DNA of 64,000 nt from the human T2T-CHM13v2.0 reference genome, Homo sapiens, in NCBI RefSeq assembly GCF_009914755.1, contig NC_060929.1. One strand, 5' to 3'. Within the stretch, counting starts at the first letter, position 1, and each line of letters opens with the position of its first letter. A program made the position numbers and the translations under genes. Positions 38,526 through 53,009 of this stretch are shown here, piece by piece. The notes under the pieces were generated by a model. It was not told the origin of the DNA. It saw only the letters and a program-made list of their open reading frames with translations, and made no database searches.

Positions 38526-41500
38526 GGCAAACATTTATCTTCCGTGGTAAAAATTAATTCATATTCTATTCTTAGCTAAATGTCCCATAAAATCCTCAAT
38601 AATTCCTAGTAGTAGTAGTGGTAGTAGCAGCTGTGGTCATTGTCATTGTTGTTATCACCTGCATGCCATCTTCTGGTTCTCACCACCTCTCCCCACCTGG
38701 GCCAGCTCCCTCAGTCTTTTGCCACCACCTTGTACCCTGAGGAAATGCACAGACACCTAGATCTTATGAACAGCAGTTCCGTTCTTATTCCTAAATCATT
38801 TTGCTGGTGTTTCGATTCATTCATGCCTCCATTGTAGATTTGCCACAGTGAACGTGTTTGTAGGTCTGCATGCTCCCCAAGGGCATAGATGCAGCTCATC
38901 CTCTTAATATCTCTAATTCCTAGCACAATGATACAGTCAGTACGTTTGAATAAACCAACAAGTAGTTGCCCTATTCAGACTGATTTCTAGCCCTCCATGA
39001 TTGGATGGCAACCTGTGGTTCAGAGAACCCAATATAATCAGAGCCTTCTCTTTTTAAAAACTTCAGGCTTGAGGCAGAAAGTCTGGAAAATTACCTAAAC
39101 CTTTGGTAACCTATGTTCACAGCCTCAAGGAAGGTAGCCAGTGTTTCTGAGCTTTCAATCCTGAAATTTCTCAGTTGCCACTTGAGAGGCATTGCAAAAA
39201 TCCTCAACTCTGAACTGTCTCACTTGGATGATCTGTCTAAATTTCAATTGTTTTGCATAATTTTTTCAAGTTTATTGGTGAGAAAAAAATCCTCATTGGA
39301 AACATACACGGCTTCGAGATGGAGTTTTCTTTTTGTAGACAATTTCTTGAATACACACACACATTATCTCCCTGATAGGCAATAATGGCTCTTTAAGGCG
39401 CTGTCATGATCAATCGTAAAAATACATATTTAGAACATTTTTTAAAATGTGTGTATTATAAAAATGTTTTAAAATGAAAACTATTTACCCAAAAGACTAT
39501 AATGGTTCCAAAGAGTATTTTGTAAATCCATATTTGAGACTTTAAGGAGAAAAAACAGCAACAATTTCTGACCTGGGAGATTATAAAGACTTCACTGAAG
39601 CTATTAACATTTATTGTCTTTCAAAAGCTAAAAACGTTGCTGGGGACATGCTTGCAGGTTGAAGAAAAAACACAGCCCATCTTCTAACAAAGGGTCTTCG
39701 ATGCACCTCTCTGTCCTGCCCCAAAGGCTGACAGACACCAGTCCATTATACTAACTAATGGCACACTTAGAAGAAAATGCCATCCAGAGATGTTAGCCCA
39801 GGGACCTTGACTAATGGGTACTGTCTAATGTTCAAAGACCCCATCAGCTCTGGTCACTGATGAGACATTCTAAGAGTAGTGCATTAAGAACCTTGGTAGA
39901 GAAAGTCACTGTGGGAAATCTGATAGGATAAATTGAATATTTGAGGGGAAAACCCTCTTTATCCCTTTTGTCCCAAGCCTGATTCAGGAAAAAAGAAATG
40001 ATTAATGATCTCACATTAAAACCCAGTCTCCTACACCTCCTGTATCTCTTTCCATAGTCCTGACCCCACTCCCCCCAAAAAATATTTGAATAAGACCCCT
40101 GAGTCCTAATACTTAGTACATACCGTATGCTGTGTTTACTGAGACAAGAAAACAAAAGACTTTCTGGTTCACAGGGAAAAAATCCAGGTCTGTTGAATAG
40201 CAGAAAAATAGATCAGATCAGTGCTAAAGTTGTGAATGCTGTGTGGTGTCTTCATATATTTTCCAACTTTTTTAAACGAAAGAGTTTTTGGTGTTGTAAG
40301 GAAAAAAGGAGTTGGGAGTGAAATGAAAGACAGAGAGAGGCAGGAAAAAAAGAGTGAGAGTGAAAGGAAGAAAAGAAAAGAAAAAGAAAGGCTGAAAGAT
40401 TTCAGGCATCTGTAATATTATATGCTAAGTGCTGGCCTGAAGCAAAATGTCACAAGCAACCTACAAATGGAAGTTTAAAATGGAAAGAGGGAGAAACTTA
40501 TCCACAGCCACATGAGAAACACTGTTGGACATAAACAACTGGGGGGTCAGAGCTGGAAGGGGCTCACATTGACACATTTTTCACATTTTTATATTGTAGA
40601 ATTCACAAATCTCTACTTGGCTTCCTCAAAAACTTTACCTGTTGGGACCGAATGACCAGCTGGGTTTGATTAGGACAGCAAGCACGCCCCCATCCTCTCA
40701 TTGGAGATCTGGGATGATTGGACTCAGCTTTACACCAAAGGAAGTTAAGTCCCTAATAGTTAATGAAACGAGGTGATTTCCTTTCTTGCACCTGAAATAA
40801 CCTGCCTCCCAGAGCCTGTCCAATAGACTGTCTCCAAAAGCAAATAGATCCAGCAAAGAGTACCTTCAAAGCCAAGCTTTCATTTATTGTCAAGACAGAA
40901 TGAAATTGGTCCTTTTTATGTAACACATGAGTTAGGCTGACCTAGCCATTCATACATAGCAAAGTAGTGATTCATTGTGTTGGCTTTTTTCCCCTCTCCT
41001 GTAATGTTACAAAAAGAATCTAAATAACTCAAGGGCTCCCAAGCCTCTTGATGAGAGTACTTAGCTCACATCAATGGTAATGGGACTTAAACCTAGGCAT
41101 TTTAGGCAGAATGGATTTCTTTGTTGGGTACTTTTCCTCCTCCCCTCAACCCCCCTCCAGCTTGATTTCACACCAGTTATGTGTGCAAACCCACAATAAA
41201 TCACTAGGAATGTAAAATACACTACACTTCCCCACCCCCACCCCCAAGTTGGCCTAGGTCATTTATCATTCTGTGGATTTCAAAAAGATGGTAGTGTTTT
41301 TATTGCAAAGGCCTTGTCATTACAGAAACTAGAAAAGAAAGTATTGATCACAATTAGATCATATATTAGCAGCCCTGATGCTGGGACTGCTAAGGATTTC
41401 AACCTAGATCATTCTGCCCTCTGTTAAAATTCTGGACAGCAATTTCTTTTATGTTAGAATAACTAGTATAAACCCATAAAATGTAACCTAAAAATGTAAT

Positions 41501-43579
41501 TATAATTGCCATGCCAAAAGCAAGCCAGTCAATATCTTTGAGATTCTAATAGTTTCAAGCACTATTACCTTAACGGTCTCACATCACAGTACTGATTAAA
41601 GAAACATTTTGTATTTTTATCTGTATGGAATGGCCAGTGTAATCACTGAGGCATAGAGAGCTAAAATATTTATTAGTGAGTATACATCTTGGTTCAGGCA
41701 GTGAATGTCAATTTAGGGTGGAAAGTTACAGCAGAGCTCTCAGTTCAATTCATTTTCAGGTTCTTCTACTGCTCCTGGGGTAGTCATCCCATGCACAGAA
41801 GGAAATCTCAGAATCTGCCCCTACACCCAAATGAACTCCTCCTGCAGATTTTCCAGTAAGAAGCTCTTGTTGGGAAATTTCAAACTGGTCTTAAATGGAC
41901 AGCGACTATCATGGAACCAGAGTGAACCAACACACCTGAAAGGAGGCAGAGCTGAGTAGATGCAAACCACAAAGTGAGGCCCGCCTGACAGCCAGTTCCC
42001 CAATCCACCCTTCTTATCCCTCAAAACAGACAAGCAAGCAAAACTATTCATTTGAACCTTATTGATTTAAAAATAATGTAATCTAAAATACATTAATAAA
42101 AACCTATCATTCTCTCACAGAATACATAATCTATGATTTATAGCTTGGAAACTAAATACTAAACTCACAATTAGAAAGTACACGTAAAGGGTTTCTTTAA
42201 GTTAGACACTTAATACGGTTTCTTTCAACAAACTATGCAATCTCATGACATGGATTTGGAATGTAAGAAATATAAAAAGGTGTTTAAAAATGAACAGAAT
42301 ATTCCTGATCATTTCTCTGAGAATTAAAAATATACGTTCTCCCAATTAGTAGCACAGGAAGAAAATTTAGCATCCTATCAGTTCAGAAACATCAGCACAG
42401 TAGCCAAATAAAATTTCTACCATGGGATATGCACTATTAATTTCACAATTAAACTTATCTGTGTCATGTGCGTTTCCACAGCAAGATATGAAAGGGGTGG
42501 TTAAAAATCTGCTTCATTTAGGGAAATATACTCTGTGACTTAGTAAGAATGCCATGGCGCTGACCTCCCAGTGGGCTGCCTGGGAATGCATCCACTTTGA
42601 CTTTTCACTGGTTCTTAAATAAACAGGGTACCAGGCCTCAACCCGCCCTGCCTTAGGAGGAGGGAGGAGAGAGAAAGAGACATACACACACACAAAGGCT
42701 AAAGGAAGGGAAAATGGGTGATTCTGACTCAAAAATTAAGTGAAAACGCCAACCCTGTCATCCCGGGATGGCCAGACAAAGGGAAGAGGCTGCCTCACAC
42801 CCACACGGTCTACCCGTGGGTAAACTGGCATTTCTAATACTTTTCACCTAGTCTTGACTTGACAGATGCCTAACCTTAGCTACTGAGTGGAGACAGGCTG
42901 ATGGGCCTTGGCCATACAGGGGGAAAATTTTTGATGCTTCTCACTTATGACATGATTGATTTTCTTTCAGCGGCCCTTCACTTTGGGAAGTGGCGAGGGC
43001 TGGCTCACTGCGCCCCGGTGCGCCCTGACCCCCGACATGCGGCCGCTGTGAGGCTGGAAACCGATGACGGCAGAAACCTAAAAAATCAATAGGCCCTGTC
43101 AGTCAGGGGCCAGGCGGATGTCTTTTAAAAACCCAATCACGACATGTATTTGCTGCATGGTGTGGAACTACTGCACACTTGAGAACACACTGAATTTCCC
43201 CCTTCCCTTATTTATTTATTTTTTTGGATCTGCTTTACACTTCATTTTGCCTCTTTTTAAGGTTGGAAGGGGCAGAAGCCTTAACCTTTAAGGCAGCAAG
43301 GGAAAGGGGCAAGCCATGTGGTAAGTTCTGTTCATGATTTTTACAGGAAAAATTCCCTGGAAACTATTTGAATAGTATGAAATAAATAGAGCACCTTGCC
43401 GCTGCCAACATAAACAGTGACATCATTTTTTTTTTTTTACATTATCTGGAAAGAATTTAGATATAAGACTTTTAAGTCTAAAAACATATGAGGGCAAAGC
43501 TGCTTAATAGGCTTGATTAAGGAAAGACTATTGTTTGATTTTTCTTTGGGGGTTTCTTGAAGGTAAAAGAATTGAAGAT

Positions 43580-43590
43580 ACACACACACA

Positions 43591-43635
<45 letters not shown>

Positions 43636-43642
43636 AGAGAGA
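43580..43642. repeat. (CA)n(GA)n microsatellite
   Basis: Compound dinucleotide repeat. Confidence 0.96.
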
Positions 43643-45043
43643 GTCCACAGTTCTCTTTTGGGAAAGAACAAGCACTAGGAGAATCACTCAGTTTCCAAGC
43701 AGGGTCAGTGTAATATTCTCCATTCGGTGTAGAAGAAAAATCAAATATGCATCCTTTCTTTGAGAGACAGACAATGCAAAAGGTGGCATTTAGCTTCTTC
43801 CTGATCTGAGGTGGGAAGGATAAATATCAACTATGACAAGCCAAAAAGATAAGAGAAATACCATCAGCTGGAATGTTTCAGCATAAAGAAATCCACACTC
43901 ACACAAAGAGAAAAAAGAAGAAAGTGAAAAAGGTTTGGAGACTATAGGAAAACAGAGAAGAATGCTATTAGAGACTATTAAAATGTATAAGATCTATATG
44001 AAAGTGGATGTCAGAATTTCTGCGACATGCTTTTCTCCTTTCTTTTCAGAGAAATAGATAGGTATATTACACATTATCTTAAAATTCACTTAAGGTAAAT
44101 ATCATACATTAAAAATAAAACAAATAAACAAAATCTGTGCCTGAATTCCCAAACTAAGCCCAATTAAAGGTTTCTTTATGGCTGTAAACCTGACAAGCTA
44201 CAATTTCCCCCTGTTGCAGTGGGTGTGTGTGTTTTAATGTAATATTAATGAGCCAGGATGGAGGGTCATAAAAAGTGATAGGTTTTTGCGATGGTAAATT
44301 ATAAATCGGTATTGATTTTTCCCGGCACTAATGCAGCCAGCTTATTGTAAGACACCACAGGCAAAGTGCACTTTATCAGATTAGACTGGGGCCGGTATCA
44401 AATATACATGAGAATAAGGATGCATTTGTGAGTTAGACTAGACTTTTCTTCCCTAACAATGCATGAAATTTTTAAGGAAAAAAAAAAAGCAGACAAGGAT
44501 ACTGGGAAATTCAACTTTTTTTTTCTTTTTCTAAAGCAAAAATTTCCAGAATTGTTGCTCTTGAGATAATTTGATTCAAAGTGAAGAGAAGGCAGTAATA
44601 ACGCTAATCAAATTATAAATAGTTTTATTTAAGGCTGTTCTAAGTTTCTCTTATTCATTTGTACTTTAGGTTGGTGCCCAAAATGCAAAGGTCATTCTCT
44701 GGCCCCTTCCCTGCGTTCACTCTCTGCTTGCAGCATCATTGCTTTCCTCTACCCACAAGTCACTGGGAGTGTTTTGTTTTTTGTTTTTTGTTTGCAAATG
44801 ACCGAGGTTCTTCTCCGTTGGTATTTTATAGTCAGAAGGACTTCATTAGGCAATTGAGTAGAGATGTTCAGCCATAGAGAGAAAAAGAGAAGGCAAAGAA
44901 AGAATAATAACAGGAGGAAGAAAAGAAAATGACTAGACCCCATTTCCTTCAACAAAGATATTATTATTTGTCCTCTCTCCAAACCTGGGTCAGCGTCTGA
45001 CTCACTTCACGTCTCATATGTCAACAGAGAAGAAAGTCCTCAC

Positions 45044-45400
45044 CCTGAACGTGTGCTTGCCTTTTGTTCTTTGGAGAGACTTCTCGAGCTTTGTTGGGAA
45101 TGCTAGCAGCCCTGTTTCCAAACACTTCCCGATTTCTTCCTAATAACTGCTGGCACGCTCTCTATCAAAATCTGCCACTTTCCTCCCTGCACAAAAGCTG
45201 TGCTTCCACCACGTGATCGCAAGCCGTGCCCAGCTCTGAGGCCAGATCCGCAGCCAAGACTCCTCTCTCTGTCTCCATGGCGTGAACAGGAATTGGAAAC
45301 CAGCACACTCAACCCCAATATAGTCTTTTTTTAAGAAGTCGAGAGAACATGTGTTTATTGACAGTTCATTAACAAATATCAACCCCCCGCAAGCTGTTTA
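45044..45400 (-). promoter_or_regulatory. Candidate internal promoter / alternative first exon
   Basis: Local CpG retention, E-box CACGTG at about 45210, FOX-type TGTTTA sites upstream, Kozak GCCATGG at 45278, donor AGG|gtgagg at 45044/45043. Confidence 0.35.
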
Positions 45401-48400
45401 CTAAGGAATGTAGTTAAGTGAAGATGTGTGAATATAAATAACTAACAAAGGAAGAATGGAGAGAAAATATCTCATGGCATTCCCCCTTTGAATGTAGTTT
45501 GAATCTGTTTTATTTTCTGCTAGAAACATGTTGCTACTGAAGGTGTCTCTATGACACCCAGAACAGTAAAAACAGCAGGTGTTTGTGTGCTGGTATCTAG
45601 AACACTTAAATAAAACTCTGAAAAACTGGAGTATGACATGCCTTCTCATTTTTTTCCCCTTGTCTATATCAAGGGATTTAAACAATTATTTTAAAAAGGA
45701 AAAAGAAACTAGTAAGTTTCATAATAAGGTTAAGGCTATAATATAATTGCTAATTTCTAAAACATGATGAATATTTAAAACCACTGCAAAAGTTTACAAA
45801 AACCAAGCCCAAATCTTGAGGAACATAAAATCTTAGTTGGGGATAAGAGGAACCAGCAAAGAATATATACTATTCAATAAGGTGTTTCTCATTTGTTACA
45901 CCAATACTCAAAATGGGCCATATTCAGCAAGGGTAGCTAACCATTTCCAAATGTTAAAAAAAAAAAACTGACTATAATATCCTTGCATCAAAATGACTCC
46001 AACAATTACAGAAACAAGGGAAAATGTTTTGAGACAAGAACAAATCAGGTAAAACCTAATAAAGTCAAAAGGAAATTAGAAAAATAGAAGGTTGTTTTCA
46101 TGGGAGTTTAATCTTTTCACTGGAAAGTGATCTTTATTGTATGTCAAATCAACATTTTAAGGTGCTTTTTTATAAAGTTATGAAAGTAGAAGCATACATT
46201 TTTACCTATTCTAATTTAACTGTATTAGTGGTGCCAAAACCCTCATTTACATTTTTCATAAAATTGTGAAGAGGTTCTCTCTGCTTTAGGGATAGAGCTA
46301 ATAAACAAACACATAAATTAGTGTATTTTAATTAAACATTATCCCATGAAGTAATATTGTACACCACTGCCTAATACAAGAACAACTTTCTTACTTAAAA
46401 TCCAGTATAATATTAAAATATTAAAACTCATTAAAAATTAATTTTAAAATACTTTATAAACATTCAAGTACCCTGAGTTCTGTATTTTTAAAGGTTTTAT
46501 GTTGTTGGTTGTGCACATGATATAATCCACAAGCTCCTAACAAAATGGCGCAAGAAGCTACAGTTACTTTGCAGAACTGCACTGACTGATGTAGAACAAT
46601 TACTATTGTTTTATTTTAAATATTTCATCAAAACAGTGCTGATAGAATCTTACTAAAAATAAAAAAAAAATTAAAAGTCCAGCGGACACATATAGCAAAA
46701 CAGCATTGACTAATGACTTCAAATCATTATCATACAGATCTGAGACTTGACTCATGATCTAGCTAGATAAGCCTCCTGATAATATCATTTTAAAATTGCA
46801 TCCAGTTCACTCAATCAGAACTTGTTTGTGTTCCCACTATGTGCTTAAAATGGGATTTCATTGTCAAATTATGGTTTGGGGAAAAGGATTCAAAATAAGT
46901 TACAATGGCCTAGACCAAACTACACGCTAATTGAAACTCTGTAAAAAAGGTAGATAGGTTTTAAACATGCCTAAAAATATCTTTAGAAATCCTAGGTCAA
47001 ATAGATAAATGCCCTGAGACAATGAGCTAATGAATGTAAATCATTTGACATTTATTAAATAAACATTAGCTGCTACAGTTGTTACTAATAGTATTATTTG
47101 CACAGTAAGGCTCAATCAAAGGTGCAGATTTACCAAGGCTTAAAAACACAGATGAAAAGGATGCACTTGGGCATACTTCACACTCAAGTTAACAGTCATT
47201 TATTGAGGGACTATTGCATGTCAGCCACTGTGTCAGGCAACGAGGATATAAAGATTAACAAGATTAAATTACCTGAGGGCCATAACTTTTTAGTCTGCCT
47301 TACTTAGTGTTATACATCCAGATCCTAGCACAGTGCTTGGCACCTTGAAGATACTTGATAAATATTTGTTGAATAGATGAATTAATAACAAAATAAAAAT
47401 CCCTGTTGACAAGGCATTCACAGTCTAATTCTTTTTGCTTTACACGGTACTTAAATTTTTCCATCACAAGTCCAGCTTGCTTTTTTTTGGAAAACTCCCT
47501 AGCTAAATATAATTTAATAAAGTGTCCATGATCCCTTGATTCCGAGAATATAATCCTGTTGGTATTTAAAGCAAAAGATATATATATATATATTGTGGTC
47601 TAAAAAGGGTCAAATTCCCATTCAGCATCCTATGTATGAAACTCTTGATTTAACCAGAATTATCTTGGGAGGAAATCCAAAATAACAAATGGTTAGAAAC
47701 TATGAATCCTTCTGGTCTGCTCCCCTATGAGGAACTGCTTTGTTACCTCATAGGGCAAAGCTGTCCCAGGATCTGCCGCCCCTGGCACCAGGCTCCACCT
47801 GCCACACTTTACCTAAGAGGCCCTGGATATCCATCTTGGGGGCTCCTGACTCCCTCAGCCCTTACTCTTTGAGCTCTCTAGTAGGTCTCTTGTCAGAAAA
47901 ATACCAGCTTTTCATTTCAATCAAATTACTGTGATGGCCCAGAAGGTGGTAAAATAGTATAAGGGTTCTCTTTGTCAGGAACCTTGAAAAAGCTGTATCT
48001 TTTATTCGGTTGAAATTTCTACTAACCTGAAGACATGAAAGAAGAAAGGAACAATAAGTCCCAAGGAAGTATGTAGGGGTTTTTTTTCTGTATATAAAGT
48101 GTGTTTTGAAGAGGTATATTCACTTATTAAGTTCTCTGAAAGTATGACTGACTTGATATTTCCCATACGACTAATTTACAACACAATTTGAACTCTGCTG
48201 CATCCACTCGTGGAGGCAGGAGGCATCTTTTCCCAATATTGGTGGAATGTTGTCTAGAGTAGTATTGATTGCACAGTGATGGGAAACTATAGGACAAACC
48301 TGAATTAATTAAGCAATAAGCTCAAAGACTACCTACCTTCAATAGTGTTTGAAGGTACATTTAATTATTGCGTGGATGCAACGACATGAAGAAGAACATG

Positions 48401-48692
48401 TCATTTAGGGAAATGTATCAAATAGCATTGACCGGGTGACTAAGACTCCCTATTGGCTCTAATGTCTTTGGAAAAATCAAAGGGAATATGAAGCAAGTGT
48501 TTCAATTTGGAAAATGAATGCTACCACATGGGTGGGAGTGAGATACGGAGAGAGGGAAAAGGTATGACCAAATCTGAAATAATGTGCTCAACCAAAATCT
48601 AGAATAGATTCCAGGCCTAGGATAGTAATTTTTATAAGTACCTGAGAGTATGTTAGTACTTTATCTGGGCAGATTCTCATCCTGCAACTGTA

Positions 48693-48695
<3 letters not shown>

Positions 48696-48747
<52 letters not shown>
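48696..48747. repeat. (GT)n microsatellite
   Basis: About 26 perfect units. Confidence 0.97.
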
Positions 48748-48749
<2 letters not shown>

Positions 48750-49470
48750 CCAAATAAAGAACATAGAACTATGTCTCTTCCAGTGGAAATTCAATAACAA
48801 AAAATAGAATTAAAATGCTGGTTACTGTTATAATATTTGAGTCCTTTAGTTAGAAGCTTATTTGCCATGAATCTTCCAAATCATACCTGGAATCTCAAAA
48901 GAAAGAGTAAAACAGAATCTCAAGAAACACTTCTTAAAGTTTCCAGCTCCTCTAAATTCAACTTATTGCTTTAGCTGAGAGCACTACCTACAAGTCTGCT
49001 AACAACGATATATCAATGGTGGCCAAAACCATAAATGTTAAGATTCTCACCTGATTTGAAAATTGATTTCTATGGTGCTGTTCATGATTAGTTCATGTTT
49101 CTAACTCTATTCTCTAAGTTTCTCAAGTCTCTTGTTCAACGACCTGAGTTTATACTTCATTTTTCCATTTTGTAGATACTGACCTTTTTTTAGACTACTT
49201 TGCTTATTATATAAGCACTACCATCACTTGTTAAGGGAAATAAAACTGTACCAGTAATGTGCTCAGGACAATTCTAATGGTACAAGGATATGAGCATTAA
49301 ATAATATGGAATCACATAGTAAGAGTGCCGTTTTCAATTTTCTCTTAATTGTTCTGATTACATCAATGAGGGAGTCTCAGTTTGGTGCTAGTATCTGGAA
49401 CACCTACCACTTACCAATCTCCATGTTTAGCAGAGTCATTGGCAGGCAACAGCGTCCAGCTACAATCTAA

Positions 49471-49787
<317 letters not shown>

Positions 49788-50144
49788 CAATGCTGCTTTC
49801 TTTTCATTGAATTTTTCTTGTGGTTACCTCCCATCTACGGCAGGTGAGGCTGAACTGCTACTTACTGCGGCACTATAGTTTCTTTTCAAATAAATTCAAG
49901 TTTAAAGAGTAAATTGATGTAAATACATTTGTTTTTTAAAACAGTACAGATGATATAAAGATATGGCAATAGTCATGAAAATGATACGAGAATAGCATTT
50001 GCAAGGAAATCTGGTGTAAAATAAACACCTGGGCTGAAAACTGGCAACCTGGATTTCCAGTGGTAGTTCTGCCTAACCAGCTTTGGGACCATGTGAAAGC
50101 CACTGAACATCACCTATCTTGACCATAAGGTGAAAAAGTTAGAT

Positions 50145-50322
50145 CAGTGTTTTCAACCTGACTGCACACTACAATCACCTGAGGAACTTTTAGAAAATGC
50201 CAGTGTTGGTCTCTACCCCATACCAATTATTTCAGAATCTCTGGAGGCAAAGGCTAGACATCAGTATTTGCTTTAAAGATGGCCAGGAAATTCTAATATA
50301 AGTCCAGGGCAGAGAACCATTG
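50145..50322. mobile_element. MER5A-type hAT MITE
   Basis: 'cagtgttttcaacctgactgcacactacaatcacctgagga...tcagaatctctgg...attctaat...agagaaccattg' with imperfect terminal inverted repeats. Confidence 0.8.
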
Positions 50323-51207
50323 GGAGAAATGATCTCTAAAATCTTCTGAGGCTTAATATTGCATTCAAAATACTTTTAAAATGCAAAGATCTCTTTTCTC
50401 CCTGCATCTACTTTTTTGTTTGTTTTTAACCTTCCCCTCCTTTTCTTTCAAAGTTCTGGATCCACATATCCTTTTTGAATTTTGCTGATGTGACATCTCC
50501 CAAATCACTATTATCCACAAAAGCCATTAATGTGCTATTTGCCTACTTCTCAGATCAGTAATAAAGCCATTAAAGCAGAGGCATCAGAGTCTAAAGTCAG
50601 AAAGCCTGGACAGGCAGTCCAGCTTCCTAACTCCTAGCTCAGTGTGTGTGAGAAGGGCAGGAGGAAGAAGGTATGATTCCTTGACTTGGGTGCCAAGAGG
50701 ACCCATGGAGGTCAGCACTGTGCAACAAAGCTCCTGGAGATGGGGTAAACTGCAGAGGCTGGGAGTGAGCTCTAGGGCACATACCACTTAAGCCCCTTCA
50801 TCAATAACCACTTACCCCAGCAATGGCACATCAGCAAAGCCATTCTGAGCAACTTGGCTCTCCTGTCCGGCACAGGCCCCGGGTGGAGCGGGGAGTTGTG
50901 TGATAAATGCTGAGCCACAAGCCATTCCGCTCCCAGCCCCTGTCTCCTTCCCAGCTTAATTAAGAAACAGCATGATTTCTGTCCTTCTCTCTCTGGTTTT
51001 CCCTTTTATCTCCCCCTTCCTTGGTCTGCAACAACGGGTGCTGCTCTCTACTTCTTAGTATAATAGGTGGAAGTAAATGCTGATGACAAGTCCTGGATGA
51101 AATGGGGAACAGGTACAATTTCAGGACTAGACTTTTTTTAAGATTAAAAAGAGTCACTTCTATCTCCTCCCCTAGGTTTCCTAGGCTGACTCTGGTGTTT
51201 CTCAGGC

Positions 51208-51495
51208 AGGGGCCTCAAACTCAAATGCCTACAGGAACACACAGAAGTGCTGCATCCCCAGGTAAAGAGAGCAGCTATACTCAGCAACAGCTGGGGATTG
51301 CTGGGCAGGCATGTGAGCCCATAATTATACATTCTCCAATTTTATAAAAGCAGCCAGATATATGGATTTGAATGTGAAGCCTGATTTCATGATGTTGGCA
51401 TCAAATTCAAATTCTTAAAAAATATTCTGCCGACCAAGCCAAATGCATCTGAGGACCAAATTAAGTTAGGAAGCTACCCATTTGTGGACTTTTCT
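51208..51495 (+). mobile_element. MER102-like hAT-Charlie transposon
   Basis: 'caggggcctcaaactcaaatgcctacagg...atgttggcatcaaattcaaattcttaaaa'. Confidence 0.7.
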
Positions 51496-51636
51496 CAGTT
51501 GTGAGGTTGGGGGAAGGGGAGAGAAAATTCCTAAGAATTTAATCTCTATCATTTCATTGGGCTGGCCAGATTTATATAATCTTTGCCTGGACCCCAGTTT
51601 AGAAATTTAATCACTCATTCAACCAAATATTAGTAA

Positions 51637-52390
51637 TTATTATTACTATTTCTATAACTTTGCATGTGCACTTCCGCTAAAGACACCTATGAATAAGGAA
51701 CTACTATTGCCACCATTTCACATAAGGAATCTGAGGCTCAGAGAGACTGAATAACTCAACTTCAATCACACAGCTAGGAGGTGTCAGAGACAAATGTGAA
51801 GTTGAGGTTGTCTAATTTCAGCTTCCACATTTTTAACCCTACATCTGCTGTGGAGCTTCCAACCCTAGCACTAACAGATCTGAGAAATATGAGGGAGTTA
51901 GACAGGGACAGCATTCATTCATCTAGTTGGAGAGATAAAGTAGACATGTATTCATTAAAATCCAGGCTTATGCATATACCAAACCATAAGCCCCTGGGCA
52001 AACTATTTTACTTTTCTGAGCCTCAGTTTCTTCATCTGTAATATGGAGATAGCATCAGTATCTCCTACAGCCACTACTGGGTGGGCATTCCAAGCATAGT
52101 GCCTGGAGTATAATAAACCCCAGATAAGTTGCACCACTATTGTTATTTTTCTATTATCTTTACTATAGAGTCATCATTCCTCATGTTAAGCCCTCTAGCC
52201 TTCAGCCATAGAATCTTAAGCCCTTGGGGTTTAAGAACACTTTTAATTTTTCAAAGCCTTTTAATACCCATTATTTCATTTGATCCTCCCAACAATACAA
52301 GGAGGTAGGCAGGGCAGGGATTACCTTGTATGACAGATGAGAGAATGAAGGCAGGAAAAGGTTCAGAGGATGTCCAAATTCACACAGACA
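51637..52390. mobile_element. Cluster of three MIRs (minus 51637-51840, plus 51985-52150, minus 52245-52390)
   Basis: 'ctgaggctcagagag', 'tctgagcctcagtttcttcatctgtaa' and 'atttcatttgatcctcccaacaa'. Confidence 0.75.
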
Positions 52391-53009
52391 TAGGCTCCAT
52401 AACCCTGTGTTTTCTTGTAGTTATTAGACACTCCAAGGAGGAAGTGGGGGATAGGGAAGACCACTAAAAGTAGAAGCATTACATGTGTCCGTGGGTGCCT
52501 AGACATTTCACAGGGATCACAACACAACTAACTGCCCAGGAAAAAGATATAAGAACTCTTCTGAAGTAACATAAATGAACTGGAAGTAATATACTGCAAA
52601 TTATGTAGATAAATACTTACAGGAAAAAATTACTAGAAGCAATTGCAACCAAGGCTAGATAGTAAAATATGGAAACTTTCTGAAGGAGGAAAGTCAAAGG
52701 CCTAGATCCCCTTCTATGCGTATCCTCCATTTACTAGCATTGGGAATGGCATCCCCCCGGGGCTCACTGGAGCAGCACTGTGGAGAAAACAGGCCACTCT
52801 CCCCAGCTCCTCTGTTTCTGAAGCACCGTTTATAACACAGACAACTGGAATATTAAATACTGTATTTTCAGCATCTAGCACATTATCTGGAACATAGTAG
52901 GTGCTTAAAATAGGTGGAATGGATGAGTGAATGAATGAATACCTCTGGTCACAAAGACGGAAGAAACTATGAGCCAGCCATCCGCAGTGGACCTGGCCCA
53001 TTCTGGTGG

